Shown in pieces: positions 12,905 to 25,465 of a DNA stretch of 64,000 bases (position 1 is its first letter; every line of letters begins with the position of its first letter). Position numbers and translations under genes: made by a program. The stretch spans positions 1-64,000 of the forward strand of contig JAAILG010001044.1 in the NCBI GenBank assembly GCA_012026655.1, written 5' to 3'. The DNA comes from Hydrolagus affinis (Eukaryota). The notes under the pieces are model-generated. The model was not told where the DNA came from, did no database searches, and saw only the letters and a program-made list of their open reading frames with translations.

Positions 12905-13225
12905 ATAATGCTTGCATTTGATATGGTTGGCGCCTAATCACGTCGTTGAGACGTCTCAAAGCACTTCGCAGAATGTATCGTAAAGTGGTTTGGCTGTGTA
13001 TTTTGTGGGTGAGCACGGCAGCCAATTGCGCACAGCAATGTCCCACAAACAGTCGTGGATTGAATGACAAAACATTTTTTTGGGGGGTGGAATTATTACA
13101 CCTGGAAAGCGATCTGACACTCAACGAACAGCCGGGTTCCTACTTACTGCTCAGTGAACAGCAGGCGGTGTAAGGAAATCTGCCGAATGTTTTTGCCCTG
13201 CCGGGAATTGAACCCGAGTCCTATG
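12905..13225 (-). mobile_element. SINE, longer and older subfamily with extra internal segment
   Basis: Carries aacagccgggttcctacttactgc between core and head; segment shared with 28057-28357. Confidence 0.8.
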
Positions 13226-13743
13226 CACACTGTATTCTTGACATTAATATACTCAGTTTTTTATTAAAAAAAACATACATATTGATGCTCTGAAGCTGTG
13301 TTGTTGCCCCCCTTTTTATATTGAGGCATTTTCACTCATTGTTGGAAAAACTGTTTTAAATTGCATTTTTGCAACCGGGAGATTCTCATCAGCGCAGATT
13401 GTGAATTGGAAATCCTACTTTGGTTTTGTGCATAACAAACTGCTTGACTCTTGAAAGAGTGGTACGTTGTGATAATTTGTTATCTTAGAATTCCCTACAG
13501 TCCTAATCACGCCAGGATTTCACAAACAACCAACGGGTATCGTAAAGAGCCTTCACTGGAGGTGATTACTCAAACAAGCCATGTAATGTCAATTAATAAC
13601 TTTCAGAACGAATACACTGAGGCAGAGATGGTTAACCCCTTCAGCATTAAACACACTTTTTCTGTTTTTTTAAAAAAAGAGCAATTTTCAGGTACGTCCG
13701 AGCTAAATTTGTTTTACTTCTGAATTACGAAGTCCAATTAGGA

Positions 13744-13775
13744 AACACACACACAGCCGCACACACACACAGCTG

Positions 13776-13816
<41 letters not shown>
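13744..13816. repeat. (CA)n microsatellite, interrupted
   Basis: Directly visible. Confidence 0.95.
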
Positions 13817-13819
<3 letters not shown>

Positions 13820-15289
13820 AGCATAATACCTCCATATATATCCTTGTGTGCGGAGCAATTCAAAACATGTCATCTTGTTAATCGTTTGGCTTTCAGTGTG
13901 GGAGAGATACTCAAAGGGTTAAGGACCAGCAGCACTTGGAAGGAAAACTTTTGAGGCTCTAACATTCATAAAATAATTATGTTAATAATCTTACAGGAAT
14001 CCTTCAGGCAATTAAACCAGATTCTTTTAAGATTCCTATGGGGAATCCCTCGAGAATTCTGCGGAGTAAATTTTGTTGCAGATAGGATGTAATATTTATA
14101 TTTGAATTTTGCTCAATTTCGTTACCATATATGAACCTTTCAGACCTTTTAAACAGTGTTCCATAACTAGGACAAATCTTTTATGATTCAATCTATGAAT
14201 TTCTAGAGTGTTCATACACAATAAAATCTTTGTCCAAAATATTTTCCTGCAGATACCTCACAAAACCTTGCAAAAAAAAAAGGTTCAGTTTATCAGCAAC
14301 TTTTATTTCTTGCAACTAGTTCGACTATTGTTTGCTAAGAAAGCTTTCCAGAATGCAGGGAATGTTAATTTTAGAAGTACCTATCAATTAGTACATTATA
14401 ATAACAAGCCCATCTTTCACTTACTAAACTGCCTTTAGACACATTATCTCCGAGGAATAAATAAATGAGGTGTATGTTGTGCAAACTGTAATCCAAGAAG
14501 AAAGATGAAAATACATACCAATATAAATATTTTAGTAAACTGCCACACGAAAATACATGAATGTTTAATTTAGGAGCTACCTATGTCATTATCTGTTACA
14601 TATTCTACCACTGATTCCCTTTTGGGAATGAATGCATGCAGTTTTTCAAATCTCCAGATATCTTGCATTACTTTATATTCCAGTGGAAACATACACACAT
14701 TCCCATCTGCAGGACAATCTCAAATTCCCTACATGACTCTGTGCGGGAACACATGAAAAGTCCATCTTCCATAAACTCTGTGGAGTCGCAAACTTTTTTA
14801 ATGTTTGAGCTAACCCGAGGGAATCTGTCTCTCTCAAGAGAAAACACACCAGTTTTGAATTTCAGCATATGAGAGATCTCTATTTATTGGGAAGAATTAA
14901 CAGCAATAATTCATTTGGATACCATCGTAAAATCTGCAGCTATTATTAAAAATTGACTTTAACAGATTGTTACAACAGATCCGAGCTGAAACATTTCAAA
15001 GTTAAAGATGAAAAGTGCCAGCTACCAAAGTAGACTTTGAAAGCTCAGATCTGAGGGCTGACCATTTTGAATTGTCTGAATGGTATTCGGTGGATTAACT
15101 TTAGCTGTACATACGCTTCACAGATTTCCAGCTACAACATGGCAAACCAACATCTAGAGAAGTATGATGGCTGCGACCCTAACAATGTCGTAAACATCAC
15201 CTCGATATTTGTTTATCGATGGTTCAGGGGGTGAGTTTAATCACTTCGATCCGTCAAGACGATCTCCACAAACGACAGTCACACCACTT

Positions 15290-15395
15290 TCACATCCTGT
15301 GTATATCCTGTGAAGCACTTTGAGACATCGCGGTGACGTGATATGGCGTGATATCAAATGCAAGATTTATTATTAATTCTGATTATTATTATTAT
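15290..15395 (+). mobile_element. Main SINE 3' fragment
   Basis: ctgtgaagcactttgagac...atatcaaatgcaaga. Confidence 0.75.
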
Positions 15396-15787
15396 CATCA
15401 TACAGCAGGATTCACATTCAGTCATCACAATTAATTAGATCCAATTCCAGGATTATTATTATCAGTATCTGTAGTAGTATTATCTAAAGGACTGCATTTT
15501 ATTCCAACATGGTCTGTTCCCTTAACTTACTACAGTATTTGGGTAGCTGCAGATATCCATATTCACTGTATTGTATTACGTTTCACATATGAAATGTGAA
15601 TGTGTTCAGAAACGCATCCCCAAAATGCAATCCTACCCTGAACTGAAATCCTGTGTGAAAAAAAAGGGCAAAGGGGGTCTAAAGAATAATGTTTTTTTTA
15701 AATTATTCAGCCAAATGAGCAGATCAAATCGGTAATCCACAGTTTTCACACACATTTTGCTTCTGTAACTAGCATTTATCAAATAAT

Positions 15788-16272
15788 TTGTTTGTGGGGG
15801 ACGCTGCTGTGCACAATTGGCTGCCGCGGTTCACCCACAAAATACAGTTAATTCACTTTACAGCATATTCTGTGAAGCGCTTTGAGACGTCGAGAAGATG
15901 TGACAAGCACTGTATCAAATGCAAGTGGAACAACTGGATCTCCTGTAGCTCAGTGGGTAGAGCGCTCGCCTTACAAGCGTGAGACCTGTGTTCAAATCCA
16001 GGCAGATCAGGGCAAAACCTTAGGCAAGTTTCCTTACTCCACATCACACACCTAATAATAATCCGTCCAAAAAAAAACACAATGATAAAAATTGGTCATT
16101 TTCAATCCACAACAGTTTGTGGGGGACGCTGCTGTGCGCAATTGGCTGCCGCGTTTTGCCCACAATTATACAGTCAACTCGATTTACAGTATACACTGAG
16201 AAGCGCTTTGAGACATCTAGAAGATGTGAAAAGCCCTATATCACATGCAAGGATTATTATTTATTACATTAT
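15788..16272 (+). mobile_element. Tandem SINEs: 3' half (15788-15925) followed by a full-length copy (15935-16272)
   Basis: Core and tail occur twice; the tRNA head starts right after the first tail. Confidence 0.92.
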
Positions 16273-16568
16273 TTTCTGACACAGCAATATAACATTTAGA
16301 AGGTGGCATCGTAAACCATCAGAGCAAAGTTCGAGCAGTTTCGTAATGTCGTCACTATTCTCGATATACTGATTTTCTGACCGAATTATTTTTCGTTTAT
16401 TGTGCTTTTCTGCCTAATGACTTTATTTTACGGATCGATTCCATGGAGACAAGAGGAGACAGTTCTACCTTGACTGCATCGTTTGAATCGAGGAGGGGAG
16501 CAACATGAAACTGAGCTAAATTTACCATCAGTGATGTCAGTAAGTAAGTCAGTCAGTTAAGGACCATT

Positions 16569-16592
16569 TCTCTCTCTCTCTCTCTCTCTCTC
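16569..16592. repeat. (TC)n microsatellite
   Basis: Directly visible. Confidence 0.95.
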
Positions 16593-17682
16593 GAAACAAC
16601 TAACTAACTTATCCATGATCAATTTTCAGTTGTTAACAATGGAAATGTTGCACGTTCACAAGACAATATTTTGTAAGTAACATACCAATCTTTTATTAAA
16701 TTCATTTTCCTTGTATTTTTTTTCCCTCCTCCTATGAAGGTGTCTGACTGACTGGGGGGTGGGGGGTGGTATTTGAAAGCAAAACAACCAAGTCCTATCT
16801 CGTCTTAAAACTTGCAACCTATCCAGTCCAGTTATCACTGAAACTTCCAAGTCACAGAGGAGCAAAGATCATTTGTTTGCAAAACCAACAGGATGTAGAT
16901 CGGAGTAACATTCCGAAGAAACAATGCATTCAGCGTAAGAAAGTAGCTAAGGCCAATACTTAGCTCTGCCGTCTGTATTTCCTCCCAAACAGTATTAACA
17001 GGGAGGAAAAATGACTGAACATGAGAGGATCTGATTGTCGTTCGCTTGGCTATCTGCTCTGACCCACCCAAATCTCTCTCCAGGGTTTGATTCCCCTTCC
17101 TGAAAGACTGCACTGGCTGCACAATAGATATTCCCCCTGTTAACTAGACAAAGTCTGCGCTATTCCAACACTGGTTTCTTTGTTAAGCGTATAGAAAATG
17201 ACCCAGCGACACTGCACAAAGATAGCAATTATTAAATTACACAGCCTGTCACTGTCATTTGTGTCACACCTCTAACAGGTGCCATTAACAGAACAGCCAA
17301 ATTATAATAATCTGGTCTTAATAATGCCTTTTTCCCGCTCACATAATCAATGTGTGAACAGTAGGCCGTTTATATTGTTGCTAAATATAGTGAACTGAAA
17401 GCTTTGACTTGCGGCAGGTTAAGAACCAGGAGCATTTACTGTTAATATTTACCATAAAAATGGTTTAAAGTGCAGGATAATAATGCACATTTCGAAGTAC
17501 TTAATATCAACAAGAAATGCAAGCAGGAACATTGACATTCAATTATTGCCAATATAACTTAGCTCAGGGAGTTATTTAGTTTTTCTACAGTACAGTTACG
17601 AACCTACAGAGTTTTAGGAAGTCCTTATTCTAATGGGGATGAGATTCTTGATTCTTAACGTTCAATCATTCCCTTCCTTACC

Positions 17683-18020
17683 GTGGAGCTCCTGTAGCTC
17701 AGTGGTTAGAGCGCTCGCCTTACAAGCGTGAGACCTGTTTTCGAACCCAGGCAGATCAGGGCAAAACTTTGGGCAAGTTTCCTTGCTCCACAAACACGCC
17801 TAATAATAATCCCTCCAAAAAAAATCACAAGAATAAAAAAATTGTCATTTCAATCCACAACGGATTGTGGGGACACTGCTGTGCGCAACTGGCTGCTGCG
17901 TTTCGCCCACAAATATACAGTCAATTCACTTTACAGTATATTCCGTGAAGAGCTTTGAGATGTCGATAAGACGTGAAGAGCGGTATATCAAATGCAAGGA
18001 TTATTTTTTATTATATTATT
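17683..18020 (+). mobile_element. Full-length SINE (main family)
   Basis: Intact A and B boxes, core and tail. Confidence 0.95.
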
Positions 18021-18872
18021 GTATTACTCCTCTCGATGAGCACCTGGCTCTCGCTGGAGTTGTGGCTGGCAGCTCAATGGGAGATTGGCCAAATCACCAT
18101 GTAACCAATGTTTGGGCAGAGTGTGAGCTGGCAGATTATTTGACCATCCAAAGCATTGTAGCTAAACTCATCCAACCACCTTGTAAACGTGTACATTCCA
18201 CGCACACATGATTGGAAAGGCATGAGGAATAGGAACACTGCTTCCCCCATCACCCCCATTGCCTCTACAAACAATGCAAAGGCCTAACAATTGCACCTAA
18301 CAAACGGTGTAGACCAGCTATTTCCGGATAGACTGCGACTCTGTGGGTGATTCTTTACATCTCTTAACCGGTAAAGCTGACGAAAGGTGATTAGTTCTTG
18401 AAATTACATTCCAGATGAAGACAATGCAATTGCTAGAAGGTTGGAAACGGGTACAGGATAGGCTAAATCAAAGGATGAAATGGTTCAAGACTTTTGAGTT
18501 CGGTGACAATCACCAGAGATGAAATGTTTACGCAGTGGCAATTTCATTCCAATTTCAAATTAAAGTAATTGAATATTTATTTCAGTTAACACCGCTCTGA
18601 AAATATCGTGCTTCAAACCTTTTAACAATGTACTGATTTTTTCTTGGCTAGATCCTAAAATTTTAAGATGCTTTGAAGATTATATTGAAAAGTCGTTTGG
18701 GGCAAAATTTCTCCAAATTACCTCATTTTATATATATAAACTTCCAATACATACAATTCATTCTCTGTACATTCTCTGTTATTCTCTAATAATTATAATT
18801 GTGACTGGAAGCTGCACATATATCTTTAAAAAAGCAAATCAGAATGCGTTTAAATCCGTTTTTCAGGTTTTC

Positions 18873-18963
18873 TCCTGTATATTGTGAAAAATGATCCACG
18901 CGCTTTGAGACGTCGCTAAGATGTGAAAAGCGCTATATCAAATGCAAGGATTATTATTATTAT
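18873..18963 (+). mobile_element. Main SINE 3' fragment
   Basis: gcgctttgagacgtc...gtgaaaagcgctatatcaaatgcaaggattatt. Confidence 0.85.
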
Positions 18964-21900
18964 GAAGTGTTAACATTAGAGGGAAAATAAGGCTTCCAAC
19001 TTTTAAAGCTACAAGAATCACAGAAATTCACTGTATACAAACAGTCTATGATCAGTCACACCATAAAACCATTCAGATTTACAGTATGTTGTAAAGACTG
19101 GGGAGTGAGTGAAAGAAATATTAGAAAAACTCTAACTTTCATACACACTACTTAATAGAAGTAATAATTACCGTTTTTACAAAGCCAACTGATTTACACA
19201 CCGCTGTGCTTTTAATTGTACAGGGTTAGGAGGCCATATCTTTTGATTTTTTTCTACTTTCACTTTAAACAAACCAATTTGACGTTAAAATCATTTCTTT
19301 GAGAATCCATTGTAAGATAAAATTGGCTGTTAATTTTCCCATCAAAAACTAATGGACAACGATGCTGGGAAGAAAAGGCTGAGTCTTGTTCCAGTTATTT
19401 TAGAACACAAATGATCTGCTTGCAGAACGAGGACAATTTAATTAGGTAAGAGTTCTGCATGTTATGATCAGCTTTTAATGGGTTGATATAAAATTTAAAG
19501 AATTGTTACCCATAAAAAAATGATTATACCAATTTGGTTTAAGAGAGAACATTCATGTTTTATTGTTAAAAACGACCCTCTGTACAGTAATCTGTTTAAA
19601 CGCTTTTCATTTTTTGTCACATAAAAAGACATTTGTATTTCAGTTCGCAATATTTATCCCAGTGAAGTTAGGATCATTAAAAAAAGGTTTCAAATAAACT
19701 CTTAAACTCGATTTGTTTAGTGATTTTGGGGGCAAAATAAATCATCCAATTTGCAATCATTCAAAATAAGTCATTTTTCAATTTTGTAATCAAAAGATTA
19801 CTTCTAAACTGAAAGAAAATGTAATTCAAAGTTCTCTGCCCCCAACCCCCCCACACCTTTTAATAAGAATTAAAGGCAATGGATAGACGTTAAAACTATA
19901 CTAGATTATGCTATGGTCAAGTAGACAGGAAGGGAGCTAGACAAAAGACTGAATTTCTGCAACAGCTCAAGAGCGCAGCCTATCTGTGTTATAGTACGTC
20001 ATTTTAAATTCTGCCTCACAGAGAGAAGTCCATTCATCCCTCTGTGTTTTGATCTAACAGGAATGTCCACTACAGATGCTCGTTACTTTGATTTCTATAA
20101 TTCATCATGCAGGATTATTAATTCACCTAAATATTAATACAAATCAAATATCTTTTCATTTATACAGCCATTCAAACAATATTCCCCATTTGCAGTTTTT
20201 CAGTGACAATGCCTTGATCGGAATTTCACCTCTTAACAAATCTGTCAGCTCTTTAAAGTTCCACTAAGGAAACTTCCTGGGGTTCCACTTCTCCTCTTTG
20301 TTTCCCATTTCCTTTTTGGAGACTTTTATTAAACACAATTTTACTTTGAGTGTCACCCAAAGGTCACCACATCTGTTGTTTTGCAAGATGATCATTCAAT
20401 CTGTTTTTCTATCTAACCAGGCACGAGAACAAGCCGCGCGGGGTGGAACATTAGCTGCGGGTTTCATTTGAGAAGTGGCTCCCTGTAAAATGTGGATCAT
20501 TCAACACCTATTTTTTACTGCAACAAATAGTAAAGCTAAACAGATTTTTTTTCTTCCCGTCAATGTGGTCCACCTTCAGAATAAGGCAAAATACCCTCCG
20601 ACTGCTGAATTATTCTATGAAGAGCCATCAATAGAAAATAACTGTGCAATCCTGTAACAACAGCCAGATTAACAGCCGAGCCACATTGTATTTGTTGCTG
20701 AAAAGAATTTACAAATTATTTTATTGTGTTGCGTGCAAGAAAAAAAACTACTCCCACATTTAATAATGTTCTAAAATAGACGTGCTTGTCAATAGAATAC
20801 AATTTCGACTTGAGATGAGACTTAAATCTTTTAATGAATACATTTAATTCCAAACAAGTCTTTTGGGCGAATCGGCTGTAAAAAGGTTCAAATATATAAA
20901 CATCAATAATAGAAGCCGTTTTACTTGATTCCGTAAGCAAACGTTAAAATGCAAAACATTTAATTTCGAACAAACAATATAATTTAGGTTTTGCCGAACA
21001 CAAGAAGGCAAACTGACAGCTTTAAATTAACTAGGGCAGAAAAATTAAGCAAGGAGAACAAGGATAAGGAAACTTTTTCAGATGTGAATTAAAAACATGC
21101 ATAGAAATCCCATGGAATCTGCTAAATGGAGAACACACTGTCACAATATAATGTACCGATATTAAGATTGTGAAATATTGCATTCAGAAATCCAATTAAC
21201 CCTTTGTGAGGTTGAACCTCAAACAATGACTAACACAAATTGCGGCGGGCAAGCACTTGTAAAGTTAGCATTTAAAATGTTATATTAGATAAACATAAGT
21301 GCATCAACTTCCTTCATTTCTGCTGCATATTGTGTGGAGGCAGGAGGCTAAATTACAAAATTGGTATCTTAACGGATAAAAAAAAAACAAGCGTTTTCTG
21401 TAAATTGTCAATGAATTTATCTTCCTTTGTATCACATTTACTCACATTTTTTTTTCCTGTTATTTAAAAATGGTGCATTCTTATACACCCCGTTTTACTG
21501 CAATATGTTGCCTCTGTTTATTGCAGGGCAAAAACAAAATCTTGAGACAGCAATCAAAAGCAACCATAAAACATTCGCCTTTTGGTCAAATTTATATTTT
21601 CCTTGCATTCTTACTATAAAAACATTTGGGTTTTCTGAATTTCGTTTACTTAAAACATCCATTTGGGGGTGGGGAAATTGCCAAGTGCTTTATTTGGAGA
21701 AAAATCTAATTATTTTATTTGCTGGGGAGTTTCTGCAATTCTAAATCTCTGTGGGTTACATAGAAATTGTAGAATGCTAAACACACGAACAACCTATTAT
21801 CTATGGTTCATTTGAGGATCCGCTGGTGTAATAAGAGTACATTTTAAAATAAATGGGCTATGCTGAGATATGCTTGGGTATAAAAAAGAAGGGAAAAGAT

Positions 21901-23959
21901 GTTTTTTCAAAATAAATTCATAACTTTTAAATCATTTTCTCTCTCGGACTGAACTATAAGGTTCAGCTGCTGTAAGGTTTGGTGACATCTGTTTTTCCTA
22001 ATTACTGACACCCCGCTTTTTTGCGAATTTCAAAGGGAACCCATAACAAACTATTGAATTCTTTTAAAACCCTATGCTCTTTTAGTCCCTTCTGTTGGCC
22101 GTATCATGGCGGAGATCACTGCATGTTGAGCCCCGGTCATTGTGCAGGCAGTGTGCTTTGTTTGTGGCGTAAATTGGGGTTTGGGCCTTAGCTACCTTAG
22201 TTCAAGCGTAAAAATACTTTGCCCATCACACCGTATACTGTTGCCAGCGACCGTCTAAATCCTTGAACCAACTGTGTCCTTTAGTGTCACAACAGATAAT
22301 GCTGATTTATTACAATGTGTGAGTTTCGACTGATTAAAATAAGCCTTGAGCACGTGATACTGGAATTAGCACATTTAGAAGACGGTTTTTCCACATCCTA
22401 TTTTGCGGTGAGTGGCTGATCCCTGCAATTCTATGCGGGTGCAATTTTAATGACTCCCACTTTTTTGATGTTTCGATGAAAACGCTGCTAGGAGTTTGTG
22501 GCAGGGCTAGATACCGAAGCTGAATTGCCCTGATTGGAACACTGCGACACTAACTCTGTTTACGATATCATCGGTGTCATTTTCCTTTTAACGATAAGAC
22601 ACTTCTCTGACAAGGCTCGATTAGGAAAAAAATTATTACATTCACTCCCACCCCCCCCCCCACCCCACCCCCAGACAGACAGGGATTGCGAGATAAACGA
22701 AGAAGAAAACAGTGTAGATATACGAGAACAAAAAAACATTATGGACTTCAATTGAAGTAATTTAATTAATAAAAAAAATTCAGAATATAATACTATGTTC
22801 AGCACTAATATGAATCCAAGTTATCTTTGCTATACCAGACCCTTTATATATTCTATAAATATATATAGATATAATTTATAGAATATAAATTATATTTTTA
22901 AATATATATTTTTAATTCAGGTTTTCAATAGCTTTAAGTCTTGCCTTCTGCGAAATGGCATTTTAATTCCATTTTCTTTTGACCATATTGGTTCGAACGC
23001 ATTTGATTATTTTTGGAACACTATAGATTCTAAATGCATCAAAAATGTGACAATGTTATTTATCACAAAAAAGAGAGGCAGAGAGAAAGAGAGAGAGAGG
23101 GGGGTAGACAGAGAAAAAATACCATGCAAAAATCACCGACACACTCACACACTAGCACAGGAGGGAGGTATTATGCTCAAGGATAAAAATGATTAAATAG
23201 CAAACTACACACAGTATTTCTTTCACATACTCTCTAATTTCTACTCCAATAATGAGGCAATTTATGTAGGAGGCCAGACTAACACAATGCACACAATGTT
23301 TTATTGCTCGAAATTTAAATGTACACTTGAGTTGCAGGGGCTTTTTTTTTCTGGCATTTGAAAATCTAAAAGGCATGACATTCAAATCAGTGTAATTTCC
23401 ACAATTAAACAAATAAGATCACGGTTTCCTTAAATTCCCGGACCAGTTAAAATTGTTGCCTATGATGTTTCATATGCCATGCATCTTTTTAAAAACAAAA
23501 AATAAAAGACAAAAAAAAATCAGGTTAATCACAGCAAGCTCAGATCAGTCAAGTTATTTATAGGAAAGCAGGGTTAGAAATAATGACCAATGTTAATTTT
23601 TCATGTTAGCTTGTGTCTTCGCAGGACAATTATTGGAACAACGACCATGTCAGATGCCCCAGTTTCACTTCTGTTGACTAAAACATCAATAATAAAGTTA
23701 CCAGAGGCTAGTGAGAGATCAGAGTGTGATGGTTACAGGAGTACTTGAATACTCATCGTCTAGCACAGCAAGATCTCAAAGTCTCCAATAGGCTTCAAAG
23801 AAACCAGATTATATTTTTCCGAGACCCTCTGCTTTCCAGTGAAGCTGTAACGGTGATTTTTTTTTCTCCTCACCCCCCACCCCCCCTCCTAATACCACAG
23901 AAAAAAAAATCAAAACAGGCTAAACAAATTGATGTACTCTTTAATATAGTCAGTGAATC

Positions 23960-24300
23960 ATCATAGGATCTTGTGTCTCGCTCGCTGACAACTTGAGCTC
24001 TGTGTACTGTAGATCTATCACTTTGTTGGCAACTTCAATGCTTCAGGAGGGGGGAAAAAAAAAGCCTCTCAATTGAGTTATTGGCACCTTTGATTGACAT
24101 AGCCTAATCAGCTTATCTGCACATTAATAAGCCTGATGGCCTGCAGAGTTGGGTTTGTACCCAACCTCAATGAACTTCCAGGATTGAAAGCCTCTAGGGT
24201 CATCATACACAGCACTAGAAGCCATTTACTGCTAGTTGTTTCCCGGAAGATCCCAGGCAACATTGGCATGTCTAAATCTGAACACTGAAAACACTTTAGC
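23960..24300. promoter_or_regulatory. Candidate intronic enhancer or conserved element
   Basis: Overlapping CCTTTGAT and TGATTGACA followed by TAAT cores in repeat-free sequence. Confidence 0.4.
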
Positions 24301-25249
24301 TGGGAGTTTTTCCATCTCCAAACACCAGACTTGTTGTGTGTGTGTGGTTGTGTGTGTGTGTGTGTGTTTTTGGCTGATCTTCTAATGCGAAACACCTCGA
24401 AATGATTTGGAATAATCCTCATTTTAAATATTTGGTGTTAATATTCAATTGCTGCTTTATTACTGTAATGCTAAAGACATATGAACTTGCACAATGCACC
24501 GATTAATTCACCTTTAAAACAATTTTTTTTTAATCCTTTTTGGTCACTTTGACATTTATGCTTTGAGGAATTTTAAAAAAGTAACACGATTTATTTGGTG
24601 TATTCAAGAGAATTATTGGAAATATCTCCCTGCGATGATTCACAAAAGAGAAAAGCTATACAACTTGGAAAATAAATGCAGTAATTTAGTGCTTGGGGTG
24701 CAATATTCCACGGGCGTGGATGATAATTTCACAGTTTGCAAAATCAATATTTATCACCTGTGAAAATCAAAATGACACAGAAGGAAAATATCAAATGCGA
24801 CGGTGGCGTTCTAGTTTAGGATGCAATGGCGTTCTGCATTTTCTAGAGTGGTTTCGATTCAGGTTTGTTCTGTGGGTAGCCTTGAAATAGGATAATGAGT
24901 GTACGTCGAAAGTATAGAACTACTAAGTGAAAACACAAGGTTTCCATTTTGTTTTTAGCTATTCTATCCCTCCCATTCCTTTAATATGTAAAATTTCCCA
25001 GCCTACCTACCAGTCAGGCAATAGGAGCAAAATAGATCCTTTCCCTGTCTATTCTTATCCTCTTGCGTGGAGCAAACCCTACCAACTAAAATAAATTCTT
25101 AAAACTAAAACATGACCAAAAACAAAAGAAACCATTCCTCCAAATGTATGGCAATGAAGGATTCAATCCTTCTTAAACAATAGAGCAATGTAATAGTTAC
25201 ACAAAGCGGGTTCCGTTCAACTATAAACTGAAACGTATGAAATAGATTA

Positions 25250-25465
25250 TAATATGATAATAATAATCCTTGCATTTGATATAATGCTTTTCACATCTTA
25301 TCGACCTCTCAAAGCATTTCACAGAATATACTGTAAAGTGAATTGACTTTAAATTTGTGGGCGAAATGCGGCAGCCAATTGCGCACAGCAGTGTCCCACA
25401 AACAGTCGTGGATTGAAAATGATCAATTTTTATTATTGTGGCTTTTTTGGGGACGGATTCATAAG
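25250..25465 (-). mobile_element. Main SINE, 5'-truncated
   Basis: Tail plus core. Confidence 0.9.

Noticed and set aside
22847-22887. 14-bp AT-rich inverted repeat
   Set aside because: Sits in AT-only low-complexity sequence where such palindromes are expected.
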